64,000 nt of DNA from Balamuthia mandrillaris. Lineage: Eukaryota. Below the pieces are notes generated by a model. It was not told the origin of the DNA. It worked only from the letters and a program-made list of their open reading frames with translations, and did no database searches. Made by a program: the position numbers and the translations under genes. Location: positions 124,001-188,000 of the forward strand of contig JAVKOQ020000026.1 in NCBI GenBank assembly GCA_031835245.2. The letters run 5' to 3'. This document shows positions 12,834-25,700 of this stretch, one piece after another (positions within the stretch are counted from its first letter, which is position 1; each line of letters opens with the position of its first letter).

Positions 12834-15800
12834 ATATGTATTGGGCTTTGTCGTTATCATCGTTTATCGTTTCTCTTTCTTGTGGTATTATTTACCCTTC
12901 CTTTTGGTTCATTTTATTTCCTAACAATCTTCTTCCGCTTCAGTTTATACCGACAAGATTAGCGACCTGCTGCAAAAAGCGAGGGAGTCCCAATTACTGA
13001 ACAGCACGGAAACCAGGTCCTTCTCCCCAACCGCTAGCAGCGAACACGACGCTCTTCGGCTATCCTACGAACAACCACAACGAACATATCTCGCGCCAGA
13101 CACCGGAGGATCTGCTATGAGAAGAAATGCTCGAAGCTTTGAACGGGATGCTTCCTCTACTCCATTTCTCTCTCAGTCCGCTTCTACCACTCCCACAGCC
13201 CACAGCAACAACAAAAAGAAGAAGTGGCAAGTTTGGTCCTCCAAAGCATCAAACATCAACAAAGACAATAACGCTCAAAACGACCCCATTCGCATTTCTA
13301 GTCCTGGTACGCTTCAGCGTAACTCCTCAAAGGACGAGATTGACAACTCGCTTAAAATTAATGTTGTTGATGTAGACGAAGAAGAGGAAGATGATGGTAA
13401 TGCTATCGAGGAGAAAGATGAAGCAACAAATGTGCGACATCGGCAGAGACAAGAAAACAATCCTCAAGGCGAAAGCCACTCTTCTCCAACAATTGTTGGC
13501 TCTGAGCAAACCAACACCCCCTCCCGACGAAGGCGCAGCGGAGGAGATTTACTGGAAGAGAGGAAGCAGGAAAGAAAGAAAGCTTGGGACCGACTGCATA
13601 AAGTAGGAGGCGAAAATTCGGACACGACTTCGCCTACCCTCAAAGCTATTGACTTGGAATCTGCTTCCAACAAAAGACGATCCCGAAACTCGCTCAAGAA
13701 TGCTCTTTTAGAGGCTGGTCTTGGTCATCACAATCCGCATCACCGTAGCAGCTCTAAAAAACCGTCAACAGACGAGTTGGAAATTATTCCTTCTCCACCG
13801 CAGGAAAGAAAGTCGGGGGATGGTTTTTCAGCATCTTCTCCTTCCTCGAGTCGTTCTTCTACATCGGATGTTGAGTCAACAAAGCAAAAGAAGAAGAGCA
13901 AGTGGGGACTTCCAAGCATCCCCACCTTCTATAAGAAGAAAGGAGATGGCAAGGAACTGAAAGGGCTCCGCATTGAAGAAGTAACCCTCATCTTTCCCTT
14001 CCTCTGTTTCCTTCTCTTTTTTCGCGTCCATGTCTCATTTTATCCGCTACCATGTTTAAAGGCCCAACAGAAAAGCAAACAAGAACAAAAGGAAAAGGAA
14101 TACGAGACACAGAAGAAATTAAGTCCATTCAGCACTCTCCGGAAAGCCCAACTCAAAAAGACTATACGGAAAAAGACCCAAGGCCTGCTCTCTCATTCCA
14201 CTTCTTTCATGGTAGCCTGGGTCTGCATCTTTCTGGTGCTCTCTATCTCTGTCTTTTCCAACATTCTTTTGGTTTGGGGATCATTCATTGTGGCTGCCAT
14301 TTGCTTTGCTCTCTACCATTCGGCGGTGGAGAAGCAGCGCTTCTATCGGAAGTTCTTTTTGGAGTATCAACGCACTTGTGAGAGAGTGAGTATTCTGCTT
14401 CTGTTTCTTTCTTGTTCTTGTTTTTATTGTTTTTTCTTTCAGCTAAACCAACGTATTAACATAAAGGGAGCAATAGAGAGACAAACGAGCGAAGATTTAG
14501 CAAATGGCGTTTTAAAGAAGCTTTGGAGCAAACTCGCTCAGGATACAGCGCAAGCCCAGATACCTTATTTACAGCAGTTGTTAGACGCCAACCTTCCTTC
14601 TACCTTGGTATAGGACACCCTTCAAAGCCCTCTTCTACTTTTGCTGTTCTCCTACTCCTTTCTTTTCCCCTTCTTCTTCTCTTTTTGACTCACATTGGAA
14701 AAAAAAATTGGGAAATGCAGCGCAACAAAAACATACATCTCAGTATCAAATCGTGGGACGTTGGAGATATCCCACCTGTTGTGTCTTATATTCGTGTTTT
14801 GAAAACCAACAGCCCGAGATCGATTGTAACATTTCTCCCTCTCCTTTTGCTCTCCAGTTTCTTAACTAGATGTCTCTTCCTCCCAGCTATTGGAGTTAGA
14901 GGCTAAGTTGGTGTCGGATTCTATGAAAATGGAGCTCGATGCCGATGTTCGTGGCGTACATTTTCACGTCGATATTACAGACTTTTTCTTTTCCGTTCCT
15001 GTACGTTTCTTTCCTTATTTTTGGATTACTTTGGTCGACAACACTGTAACAAAACAACACACATACAGATGCGGATAGAAGTAACAATTGATAGCCATTC
15101 TGTGCTTGATTGGGTGGGCTCAGTGACGGTGCTTCAACCACCCGTTCTCGAGATGGAAATATCTGCATTGAGCATTCCTATGGACGCCATGGTTCGTTTT
15201 CGCTTTTCCTCTCTTCATCTTCACTATTTATTTTCTCGGTGTCGCTTGTTTGACTTTAGTTCTCTTTTCAATTCCTAAATGGCAGATATTCCCAGGCATC
15301 AAAAACTACATTAAAAGCGTTATAGATATGGTTGTCAACGCAGAGGCTTATACCTTCCCTAAAATGCTTTCCCTCACGCTAGGCGGAGAGTTTCTTGATG
15401 GTCTTTCTCCTCCTGCCCTCACTCCCTCTCCCTCTCCCTCTCCCTCTCCCTCTCCCTCTCCCTCTCCCTCTCCCTCTCCCTCCCCCTCTCCCTCTCCCTC
15501 TCCCTCTCCCTCTCCCTCTCCCTCTCCCTCTCCTCTCCCTCTCCCTCTCCCTCTCCCTCTCCCTCTCCCTCTCCCCTCTCCCTCTCCCTCTCCCTCTCCC
15601 TCTCTCTCCCTCTCCCTCTCTCCCTCTCCCTCTCCCTCTCCCTCTCCCTCCCCCTCTCCCTCTCCCTCTCCCTCTCCCTCTCCCTCTCCCTCTCCCTCTC
15701 CCTCTCCCTCTCTCCCTCTCCCTCTCCCTCTCCCCTCTCCCTCTCCCTCTCCCTCTCCCTCTCCCTCTCCCTCTCCCTCTCCCTCTCCCTCTCACTAACT

Positions 15801-16611
15801 GAGCAAATAAAAAAGACTTCTTGCCAGATGCGGGGCTGTCGCCATTAGCGTCTTTTGAGCCAGATCCAGGACAGTCCCTACTTCCCATAACAGACATTGG
15901 CATCATCGACGAGAACACGCGCGCACCAGAGGGTTGGCACGTCCTCTGGAAGACCGCCAAACAGAACAAAAACGCAAATCTTCAGATTCCCACCGAAGAC
16001 TTTCATCCCTGGAAATACCGCAGAGCATACATTTGTTATAGACACGAGCAGGGTAAACCGCCCATCACTCACATCGGCATCTTTCAGAAGAACAAAGGAG
16101 AAGTGCTGCCTGATGGATGGGTTCCTGTCAACAAAACGATCAGTGGAAGTATTTTGGATTACTCGTTGGTAGAGAAAGGGTTGGAAGGTAGCGGAGGAGG
16201 ATCAAGTGGAGGAGCGAAGGAGAAAGCGAATTTGCATAAGAAAGCATTTTATCAGAAGGGAGGCTTTGTGCGGGACAAATACGAGTTAATGCCTTTGCTG
16301 TGCTACAAACGACAGTCTCCCGAGAAGGAGAGAGGAGCTAGAGTCACCGCTATCACTCTTGCCAAAGGAAAGGTTTGTTTCTGCTCGACTTCGTCCTCTT
16401 TCATCACATCTTCCCTTCTTACTATTTTTATCTGTTATTTTTCCTCTTTTTTTTCCTTTCTTCTTTTGCTTACTTAAAAACGTACAACAAAAAGTTTGTC
16501 CCGCCAGGATACGAACGGATCACAAAGTCAGTTACAGGACTCTTCTCGGCGGACTTGGCTCCACATTCCTCCAAAGAAACCCACATTTGCATAAAGAAAG
16601 TTGCCGTTTAG
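11944..16611 (+). CDS. C2 domain + TM hairpin + SMP-like lipid-transfer domain + C-terminal MABP beta-prism protein
   Basis: C2: PYCKLRF...[13 protein letters not shown]...LQLTIMD...[50 protein letters not shown]-like: ANGVLKKLW...ANLPSTL...[10 protein letters not shown]...[19 protein letters not shown]...APEGW...ANL...YICYR...PPITHIG. Confidence 0.7.
15424..15792. repeat. (CCCTCT)n polypyrimidine tract, ~370 bp, intronic
   Basis: Pure C/T tandem array between the donor at ~15401 and the acceptor at ~15815. Confidence 0.95.
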
Positions 16612-16976
16612 AATGACAAGAAGGCTGTAGATACCGCCGTCGTTTTTTTTTTTATTCGTTATCGCTCTCTCTCTCCAAGAGCAATAACCAACAACAAAGA
16701 TTTGAATGTTCATAGAAGAGAGAAAGAAGAAGCAACAAAGAGAGGAGAGAATACTGAGAGAACGAGAGAACGAGAGAGAGAGAGAGAGAGAGAGTGAGAG
16801 TGAGAGAGAAGAGGAGAGAATAATAGAGACGAGCGAAGAGAGGCGCGAGGAGAGAGATATCAGAGAGGAGGGGGAGCTTCCGCGTCGACGTAGCAATATT
16901 GCAATAATGACTCCTCGTTTTTCTTCGAATCATTTTGCAATCAAAAATTTCAAACAACACAAAAAAAAGAAGAGAG

Positions 16977-17809
16977 ATGGGGAAAGGAGTGGTGCTGCAC
17001 ACTTCGTTGGGAGACATAACGTTGGAGCTCTACTGGGACCATGCGCCAAAGACATGCCATAACTTTTACGAGCTGGCAAAGAAGGGCTATTACAACAACA
17101 CCATTTTTCATCGGATAATCAAGGTTTGTTTGTTTTTTTGAAGTGAAAAAAATCCGAAACGGCTTTATCCACAAAACTGATTCGCTGGTGCACTGGGTAG
17201 GACTTTATGGTACAAGGAGGAGATCCGACAGGTACCGGCAGAGGGGGTGATTCTATTTATGGGTACGTTTATTTATTTGATCTGTTATGGCTTTTTTTGG
17301 AACCTTTGTTGTAACACCAACTTCTCATCGATTTGCTTGCTTGAAACTATAGGAAAAAGTTTGAAGATGAGATAACCAAACAACTGAAGCACACTGGGGC
17401 TGGCATACTCTCCATGGCGAATGCTGGCCCCAACACCAATGGCAGTCAGTTCTTTATCACCCTTGCTCCTTGCCCGTGGCTCGATGGTGTGATGATATTT
17501 TGCTCTTCTTAGTCTTTTGTCTCCCCTTCTCTCTCTCTTCTGACCTGCTTCGTTTATTGTATGTACAAAGGCAAGCACACTATCTTTGGACGAGTATCGA
17601 GTGGCATGCAAGTGGTGAAAAGAATGGGCAACGTTGCCACAGGACAAGCCGACCGGTAAGCTTTCTTTTTTTTCTCTCTTGCAGCTCGATTTTCTCTTTG
17701 CTCTTCTCCCTTCTCTCGCTCTCGGCTCAAAAACAAACAACAAACACACACAAACAGGCCCACCGAACCAGTGAAGATAGTGCAGGCCATCGCTGAAGAA
17801 GACGTGTGA
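16977..17809 (+). CDS. PPIL1: Cyclophilin-type peptidyl-prolyl isomerase, PPIL1-like
   Basis: [93 protein letters not shown]. Confidence 0.92.
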
Positions 17810-18590
17810 AGTGTGAATGCAGCTCTAACAAACAATTCCTTCTTTCTTTTTCGTTCATTTCTTTCTTCCTTTCTTTTACACAAGTTGATGGGGAAACGTT
17901 GTGTCCCTCCACCGCTGCTTTTGTTTCTCTCCCGAATCCCCGCATCTCTCGCGAATTTCCGCTGGACAACATGTGTCCTTTTCCGTGGCCACCCCATCGA
18001 TGTCCGCAAATATTTTTCTTGGTTCGGAGAAAATTTTTTTTTCGATCCCACCGGAACCGCAGGCCCGCGCAAAACCCGTCCAACCGTTCCCCACCCAATT
18101 CTCCGCCCGGCCTAGCTGGACTCCATTCCCCCTGCGGACGGCCTTGCCTCGAGTCCTCGCGTCCCCCCCCCTACCTTCCTTATTTGGTCAATTTTCTATA
18201 AATGAAAATCAGAAAAACTGAAAAAGAAGAAAAGAAAAAAGAAGAACAACTCCTCTTCTCTTCTCTTCCCTCTCTCTCATTTTTTCTCTCCTCTCCTCCT
18301 CTCCTTTCTTTGGTTTCCGTTTGAGGTATTTATTATTAGTATTGTTTTTCGTTGTTGTGTTTTTTTTTTTTTTTTTTGGGTTGAGGTTTTTTTTTTAAAT
18401 CTTGTACCAGAGGTTTTTTTTTTTGGTTTTTATTGAAGAGAGTAGTTTTTTTTTTTAATTGTTTATATTTTATTGAAATATGATTTTTTGAACGTTAAAA
18501 AAAAAGAAAGAACAGATTTTTTTTGTTATTTTTTGTTATTTATTATTTTTTTAACCAACCGAGTAATATAGGAGACAAAAAAAGAGAGGG

Positions 18591-19069
18591 ATGGGGAAGA
18601 CCAACTTTCGTCCACGTCCTATCGACGTGGAGCAGAAGCTCCCAATCGTGTGGCAAAACGAGGACAGCGAGGCGGAGGAAGGGTCCGAGCACCCGCCGCC
18701 AACGAAAACAACGGAGGAGACCACCGCCAAAAAATCTTCTCCTCCTCCTTCGGACGAACCGGAAGCAGAAAACGAGCATCAGCATCAGCATCAGGATCCT
18801 CGGAGCAGCCATAGCATCATCACCACAAGAAGCCAGGCCAGAAAGATGACGTCCTCCTCTTTGTTGATGAAGGACAAGACGCCGCTCTACCTCAGCGACA
18901 CCATGCTGCTGGACGAGGAGGAGCGGCTGCGGCTGACCAGCCGGGCTGGCCTCCTGCAGCAGGACTACTTCACCAACGGCGTGGGCGAGCCCCAGCAACG
19001 ACCCGTCGCTGCCATTGAGGTATGTTGACGTTTTTTTTCGTTCATCTTTTTTTTTCAATCTTCGTTTTA

Positions 19070-19100
<31 letters not shown>

Positions 19101-19503
19101 TTTATTTTTATTTATTTATTTATTTATTTATTTTTATTTATTTATTTATTTATTTATTTTTATTTATTTATTTTACATTTTATATATTATTTTTATTATT
19201 TTATTTATTCTTGTTGTTTAAATATGTTTAGAAAGAAGTGCCAAGACCGAGTTTTCGCGAGGTCGATGAAGGAGAGGGAGAAGAGAAGGAGACAGCGGAG
19301 GAGAAGAGGACAAAGAAGAACAAAACAATGAGGAAGGTCAAGAAGCAGCAGCAGAACAAGAGAAAAGAAGATGGGTTGGATTCTTCTCCTCCCGAGGAAG
19401 AAGAGGAAGAAAAGAAGACGCTCGACCAACGTACAGAGTGGTGGAGGCGCCCCAACCATCTCATCCGTTATCGAGGTATCGTACTTTTCTTCCTTTCTCC
19501 TAG

Positions 19504-19558
<55 letters not shown>

Positions 19559-21311
19559 GAGAGAAGCGCGAGAGGCAGAGAGAAGCAGAGAACGTTAACG
19601 GCCAAAAACTTTTCGATACCTAACCCTAATACTAACCCTAACCTCCTTTTACTTTAAAAACAATAAATAGCAAAAACAGAGGAAGAATTGGAGACATTAT
19701 GTGAGTATGACTTGGACAGCGAAGACGAGGCCTTTGTACGAGATTGGAATGAGAAGCATGCAAACGGTGGCAACCATCCTCTCAACTCTGCGATGGACGA
19801 GGACGAAGAGGAAGAGGAAGAAGCAGAAGAGCCTGACGTCATAACGGATGGCCCTTCGGTGCGTAGAACGACATCAGCGAAGCACGGAAGGAGGCATGGA
19901 AGCAGCAGTGGTAGTAGTTGTGGTGTTCATCGACCGGCTCGTCTGAATGAGGACCTGTTTGAGCGGATCATCAACGCCCTAGAAAAGGAGGTCTTTAAAC
20001 AGGTTTTTATTCTTTTCTACATTTCGTTTTCATCTTGTTTATTATGGCTTTGTTACGGTAGTTTTGTTTACTATTTTCTTCTCTATCATAAAACATTAGA
20101 GACAAGAAAAAGGGTTTAGCTCAGATGACTCAGAGTCGGATGAAGATGACATACCGTGTTGCATTTGTAATGACGGTGACCACTCGGAGAAGAACTTGAT
20201 CGTGTTTTGTGATGGTTGTGACATGGCTGTTCATCAAGCTTGTTACGGCGTTCCGACGTTGCCTTCTGGCGCATGGTACTGTGATAAGTGCGCAATTGTT
20301 GGCAAGAAAGCTTCTGTGGTACGTTATCATTATGCTATCTGTTAGCTTCTTCTTTTTGTTTGAGATATTCTTTCTTTTTGTCTCATTTGGGGAATGACAA
20401 AAATAGACATGTTGCTTATGCGGCGGGACTGGAGGAGCAATGAAGCCTACAAAACGGGCAAAAGCTAAAGAACATTCAAAGAAAGAAGAAGAAAAAGAAC
20501 CACAAGAACATCAAGAAGGAGAAGGAGGTGACAAAGATTGGGTACATGTTGTATGCGCCTTGTGGACACCAGGAGTGACGTGGGATGACCCCGAGACGTT
20601 GCACGGACCCAACTTTGGTGGCATCGATAAACGACGCTTTAACTTAGTGAGTCTTGCTTTTTTTTTGTTCTTTGTTTCGTTTTTTGTTTTCTTGTTTAGT
20701 CTTATTGATTTTTTTTCTGCAGACTTGTATCATTTGTAAAGAAAAGACGGGAGCTTGTATACAATGTAAGCATAAGAATTGTTGTACGTCGTTTCACCCA
20801 ATGTGCGGTCGACGGCACGGTTTATTTGTGGAGATTAAGCCTGGAAAAGGTGATTCTGTTCTCTTCACTGCCTATTGTCGGAAACATTCTATTGTACGTA
20901 TCATCTGAAGGTTCTCTTTTATCTTCTGCTTTCTCTACTATTATTTGAATCCCCTCTTCTTGTCTCTCTTTTTTTCCCCCCATTTTTTTGCGTTCCTGAC
21001 TTTTGCCAATAAACAGAGACACTATCAACAGCGAACCGAAATGCAAAAGATAAAAAAGATTAACTGCCCAAAGCTGTTGCGTGGAGACCACAAGAAGCTT
21101 TTGACCGGTTCCGTTCTTAAGCGGCACAAATTGTTTAAAGTGAATCCGGAAGTCTTGGAAGCCGTCTACAGCTATTGGGTCAACAAACGACTGCGAAAGG
21201 GTCGTCCTCTCATTTATCGATTGGAGCAACAGTTAAAGGAATTGTGGAAAGATTCGCCTAAACGCATACAGCGGGTTTGTTCTCCCTCCTTTCTTACCTC
21301 CTTCTCCTTCA

Positions 21312-21342
<31 letters not shown>

Positions 21343-22563
21343 CATCTAGAGTTTTATACTCATTTCTCATTTCATTAACTCAAAATACAGAAACAACGCC
21401 AACATTATGCAGAAATGCAAAAACTGAGGCGAGACATGGAAATTGCTCGTTTGCTGCTGGATCTGGTGACTAAACGAGAACGGCAAAAACTTCGTCGTGT
21501 TGAAGTGCTTCGCGAGATATTTGAACAACAAATCGCTGAAGAAGACCCAGAAAACGCTATTGAACTCGTCTCAGCCACTTCTTCTCCGTTACCAACGACA
21601 GCTTTATCACCAATTCCAACAATCTCAACATCCTTATCAACATTACAGCAACAACTTCAATTCCAGCAACAACAACTTCAACAACAATTAAAACTGCAAC
21701 AACGAAAACAAAAGCAGCAAAAGAAACCGCAGAAGCAGAAACAAAAACAACCACGCCGAGAGATTCGCGTTCACGCTCGAACAAAGTCCTTTTTGGATGC
21801 CAACGCAGCTCACGAGGCGTCTGTGTTTTTCGTCAACAGAAGCTCATCACTGACGCGACATCGCAAACGACCTCGTCTCTTTCCTCCTCCTTCTTATTTC
21901 CACAACGGTGGAAGCAGTTTGAATGATGGTGAAAACCCAGAAGAAGGAGCTACAACCGCGAGAACGAACGCTTATTCTTCTGAGCCCGGAACTTCCTCTT
22001 CCTCTTTTCCTTATTCATCGTCTTTGATGGTGTTGCCAAACAAAAGGAAGAGAGGAAGACCCCCCAGAACAAGAAGCTCATGGCCGCTTCTTTCTTCTTC
22101 TGGCGCATCTTCTTCCTCTTCTTCTACACCCGCTGCTCCTTCAACCTCGCCTTACTTGCTTCCAACTATCCCACTCAAACGCATTACCGATCTTACTTTA
22201 TCTTCATCTTCGAGTTCAAACAAAAGAAAAAGAGAAATCGAGGAGGATCAAGAAGAAGAACAGGAACGAAACGAAGCAGTGTCCCCAAGGAAAGAAGAGG
22301 AGGAAGAAGAAGAAGAAGAGCAAGCAGTTGCCATCATTCCACCAACACCACCCCCAATGATCGTAAAAAGAGGGCCTGGCCGACCCAGGAAACGGCCCTT
22401 GCCGACTTCACCAATCCTAGCAGCAACGCCAAAGAGCGTTTCTTCTCCGTCTTCCTCTTCTTTGGCTGGGACAGACCGAGGCGCAGGAAAGGTGCCAGGC
22501 AGCGCTGATACTGAAAGCGGGACAAAGAAACGACGGAAAAGTGATCGTTTGCGGCACCGTTAA
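18591..22563 (+). CDS. EPL1 + PZP (PHD-Zn knuckle-PHD) chromatin protein, BRPF/JADE/NTO1-like, with AT-hook-like motifs
   Basis: NFRPRPIDVEQKLPI; EYDLDSEDEAFV; CCICNDG...IVFCDGCDMAVHQACYGV...WYCDKC; WVHVVCALWTP; CIICKEKTGACIQC...FHPMC; YSYWVNKR; KRGRPP and RGPGRPRKRP. Confidence 0.85.
19066..19208. repeat. (TATT)n microsatellite in an intron
   Basis: Tandem array seen directly. Confidence 0.9.
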
Positions 22564-22732
22564 AAAAGAACATTTTGTGCATTTGTATAAAAAAAACCAT
22601 CCTTTGAAAAAAAGCTCTACTCCATTTCTTTCTATCATGGCGTCACACTCGAATAGGTACCTATCCTTTCAAGAGTGCAGACAGTAGTGTACTGGGAATG
22701 TGATATTTAAAGTTGATGGTGGCGAGAAAGCA

Positions 22733-25700
22733 TCACCAATAATCCCCGCAAGAACACAGCCCATCAGGGGAAAAGCGATGGAAGCGATTGGCATCCCGCA
22801 CCAAGATCTCTCTCTGGCTCACCTTGGCGATGAACTTGGTGGCCGTGTGGCAGTCCCCACACACCCTCAGGTTCTTCAGGATCCGCAAGGGCTGGCCTGG
22901 TGGGGTGGCCACCAGCCCGAAGGCGATGGCCAGCTTCTCGCTGTGATAACACAGCTCCTCTGCCTTCTGCTCGTCTGCCACATCGTGCAGCACCCAGTTC
23001 AGGTCTGGCTGGTAACCCGCCGCCTTCATCTGCTGGTTCAGCCGGTCCAGCTGGTGGTAGATCTCTGCGCTGCGAGGGTGGCTGCGGTCCTTCACCACGA
23101 AGCTGTGCACCTCCCCATCCACCGTGATCCAGCTCCTTCCTGGTTCTTTCTTCACCCTTCGTTCCTCCATCTCCTTTCGCACCTTCTCCGCTTCTTCCCA
23201 TCGGCCTGCGGCGGCCAAGATGTTGGACAGGACCACAAATGGTGCAGCGTCCTTTGGATCCAATGCAATGGCTCGCTCTGCTGCTCTTTTGGCACGGTCT
23301 ACATCCTTGGCTCCTCGGCAGGCCCCCAACAAGGCCTTCCAAGTCACAGCATCAGGGGAGGCCATGGTGCGAATCAAGGTTTCTGCTTCCGCCAGCCTTC
23401 CCGCCCGCCCCAACAGGTCCACGATGCAATTGAAATGCTCCGTGGTGGGTTGGACGTTGTGCCTCTCGCTCATGGCAGCAAAGCACGCCAAGCCTTCCTC
23501 CACCAGCCCTGCATGGCTGCAGGCATTCAGCACATTGACGAAGGTGATGGCGTCTGGTTCCACACCTTGTTCTTGCATCTCCTGCAGTGTGGCCAGTGCT
23601 TCTTTGCCTTGTCCATGCAGCCCTAGCATGGAAATCATGGTGGTCCACGTGATCACATCCCGTTCCTTCATTTGCTGGAACACCGCACGTGCCGCCTCTA
23701 ACTCCCCACACTTGCCATACATGCTGATCAGTGCGTTTGAGGAATTAATATTGGGAAGCAAGCCCTTGCGCAGCAGCTCCGCATGCACCTGCTTGCCTGT
23801 CTTCAAGTCTGCTGTGCTGGCACAAGCCTTGAGCACAATGGAGAAGGTGAAGGTGTCTGCTGGCACCCCGGCCTGCTGCATCTCTTGGAACAGCTGCAAG
23901 GCCTTCTTTCCATCTCCACCCTGGGTTTCTTCTGCAATCATGGAATTCCATGTCACCACATCCCGTTCCTTCATGCCTTGGAACACCGCGCGTGCTTCCT
24001 CCATCTTCCCGCACTTGCCATACATGCTGATCAGCGCGTTTGCCTCGACGATGCTCAAGGAGCCGCGATGGAGCATCTTCGCATGCACACGCTTGCCCAT
24101 CTCCATGTCCCCTGTCATCGCACAAGCCTTGAGCACTGCCGCGAAGGTGAAGGAGTTTGCTGGTATGCCTGCTTCCTGCATCTCTTGGAACAGCTGCAAG
24201 GCCTTCTTTCCATCTCCACCCTGGGTTTCTTCTGCAATCATGGAATTCCATGTCACCACGTCCCGTTCCTTCATGCCTTGGAATACTGCGCGTGCCTCCT
24301 CCATCTTCCCGCACTTGCCATACATGCTGATCAGAGCGTTTGCCTCGACGACGCTCAAGGAGCCGCGATGGAGCATCTTCGCATGCACACGCTTGCCCGT
24401 TGTCACATTCTTCGTCATCGCACAGGCTTTGAGCACTGCCGCAAAGGTAGCAGCGTTTGCTGGCACCCGAGCCTCTTGCATCTCTTGGAACAGCTGCAAG
24501 GCCTCCTTCTCGTGGCCGCTTTGGGTTTCCTCCGCAATCATAGTAGTCCAGGTCACCACGTCCCGTTCCTTCATGCCTTGGAATACTGCGCGTGCCTCCT
24601 CCATTTCCCCGCAAGTCCCATACATGTTGATGAGGGCGTTTGAAAGAGCGGTGTTAAGTTGCAAGCCCTTGCGAAGCAGCTCCGCATGCACCTGCTTGCC
24701 TGTCTTCAAGTCTGCTGTGCTGGCACAAGCCTTCAACACAATGGAGAAGGTGAAGGCGTTTGCTGCCACGCCAGCCTCCTCCATCTCTTGGAACAGCTGC
24801 AAGGCTTCCTGTCCATGGCCACTTTGGGCTTCCTCCACGATCATAGTGGTCCAGGTCACCACGTTCCGCTCCTTCATGCCTTGGAACACTGCACGTGCTT
24901 CCTCCATCTTCCCGCACTTGCCATACATGCTGATCAGCGCGTTTGCCTCGACGATGCTCAAGGAGCCGCGATGGAGCATCTTCGCATGCACACGCTTGCC
25001 CATCTCCATGTCCCCTGTCATCGCACAAGCCTTGAGCACTGCCGCGAAGGTGAAGGAGTTTGCTGGTATGCCTGCTTCCTCCATTTCTTGGAACAGCCGC
25101 AAGGCCTCCTCCCCACGGCCGCTCTGTGTTTCCCCTGCAATCATGGCGGTCCAGGTCACCACGTCCCGTTCCTTCATGCCTTGGAATACTGCGCGTGCCT
25201 CCTCCATCTCCCCGCAAGTCCCATACATGTTGATGAGGGTGTTTGAAAGAACGGTGTTTGGGTGCAAGCCCTTGCGCAGTATCTCAGCGTGTACGCGCTT
25301 GCCCATCTCCAAGTCCTCCGCCATCGCACAGGCCTTGAGCACAGTGGAGAAGGTGAAGGCGTCTGCTGGCACCCCGGCCTCCTCCATCTCTTGGAACAGC
25401 TGCAATGCGTCCTTCTCACCCCCACACTGTGTGCACGCTTGCATCATGGCATTCCACATCGCCGCTCGGCCTTTGTTCTCTTTGCCTCGCTGGTGTTGTT
25501 GCTGCTGGCGGAAGACGGAACGGGCGAGGTCCAGCCGGCCACACGCCCCATACACGCTGATCAGCGAAGCCACTAAGCGGGAAAGCACCCGCCGGTCAGA
25601 AGTAGAGAGATGGAGGTGGGCGTGCACCAACTGGGCGGCCTTCAGGTTCCTCTCCTGCTTGCACCGTTTCAACAGGGCCTGTAAGACCTTCTCCTCCGCT

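Noticed and set aside
15250..15969. Poly-SP / LP / RG ORFs
   Set aside because: Translations of the intronic (CCCTCT)n tract.
10350..16611. One giant gene joining the CID and C2-SMP-MABP regions
   Set aside because: The spliced CID gene reaches a stop at 11698, and a new A-rich-context ATG starts at 11944.
19620..19643. TAACCCTAA telomere-like repeats
   Set aside because: Only 2-3 interrupted units inside an intron; insufficient for an interstitial telomere or telomerase template.
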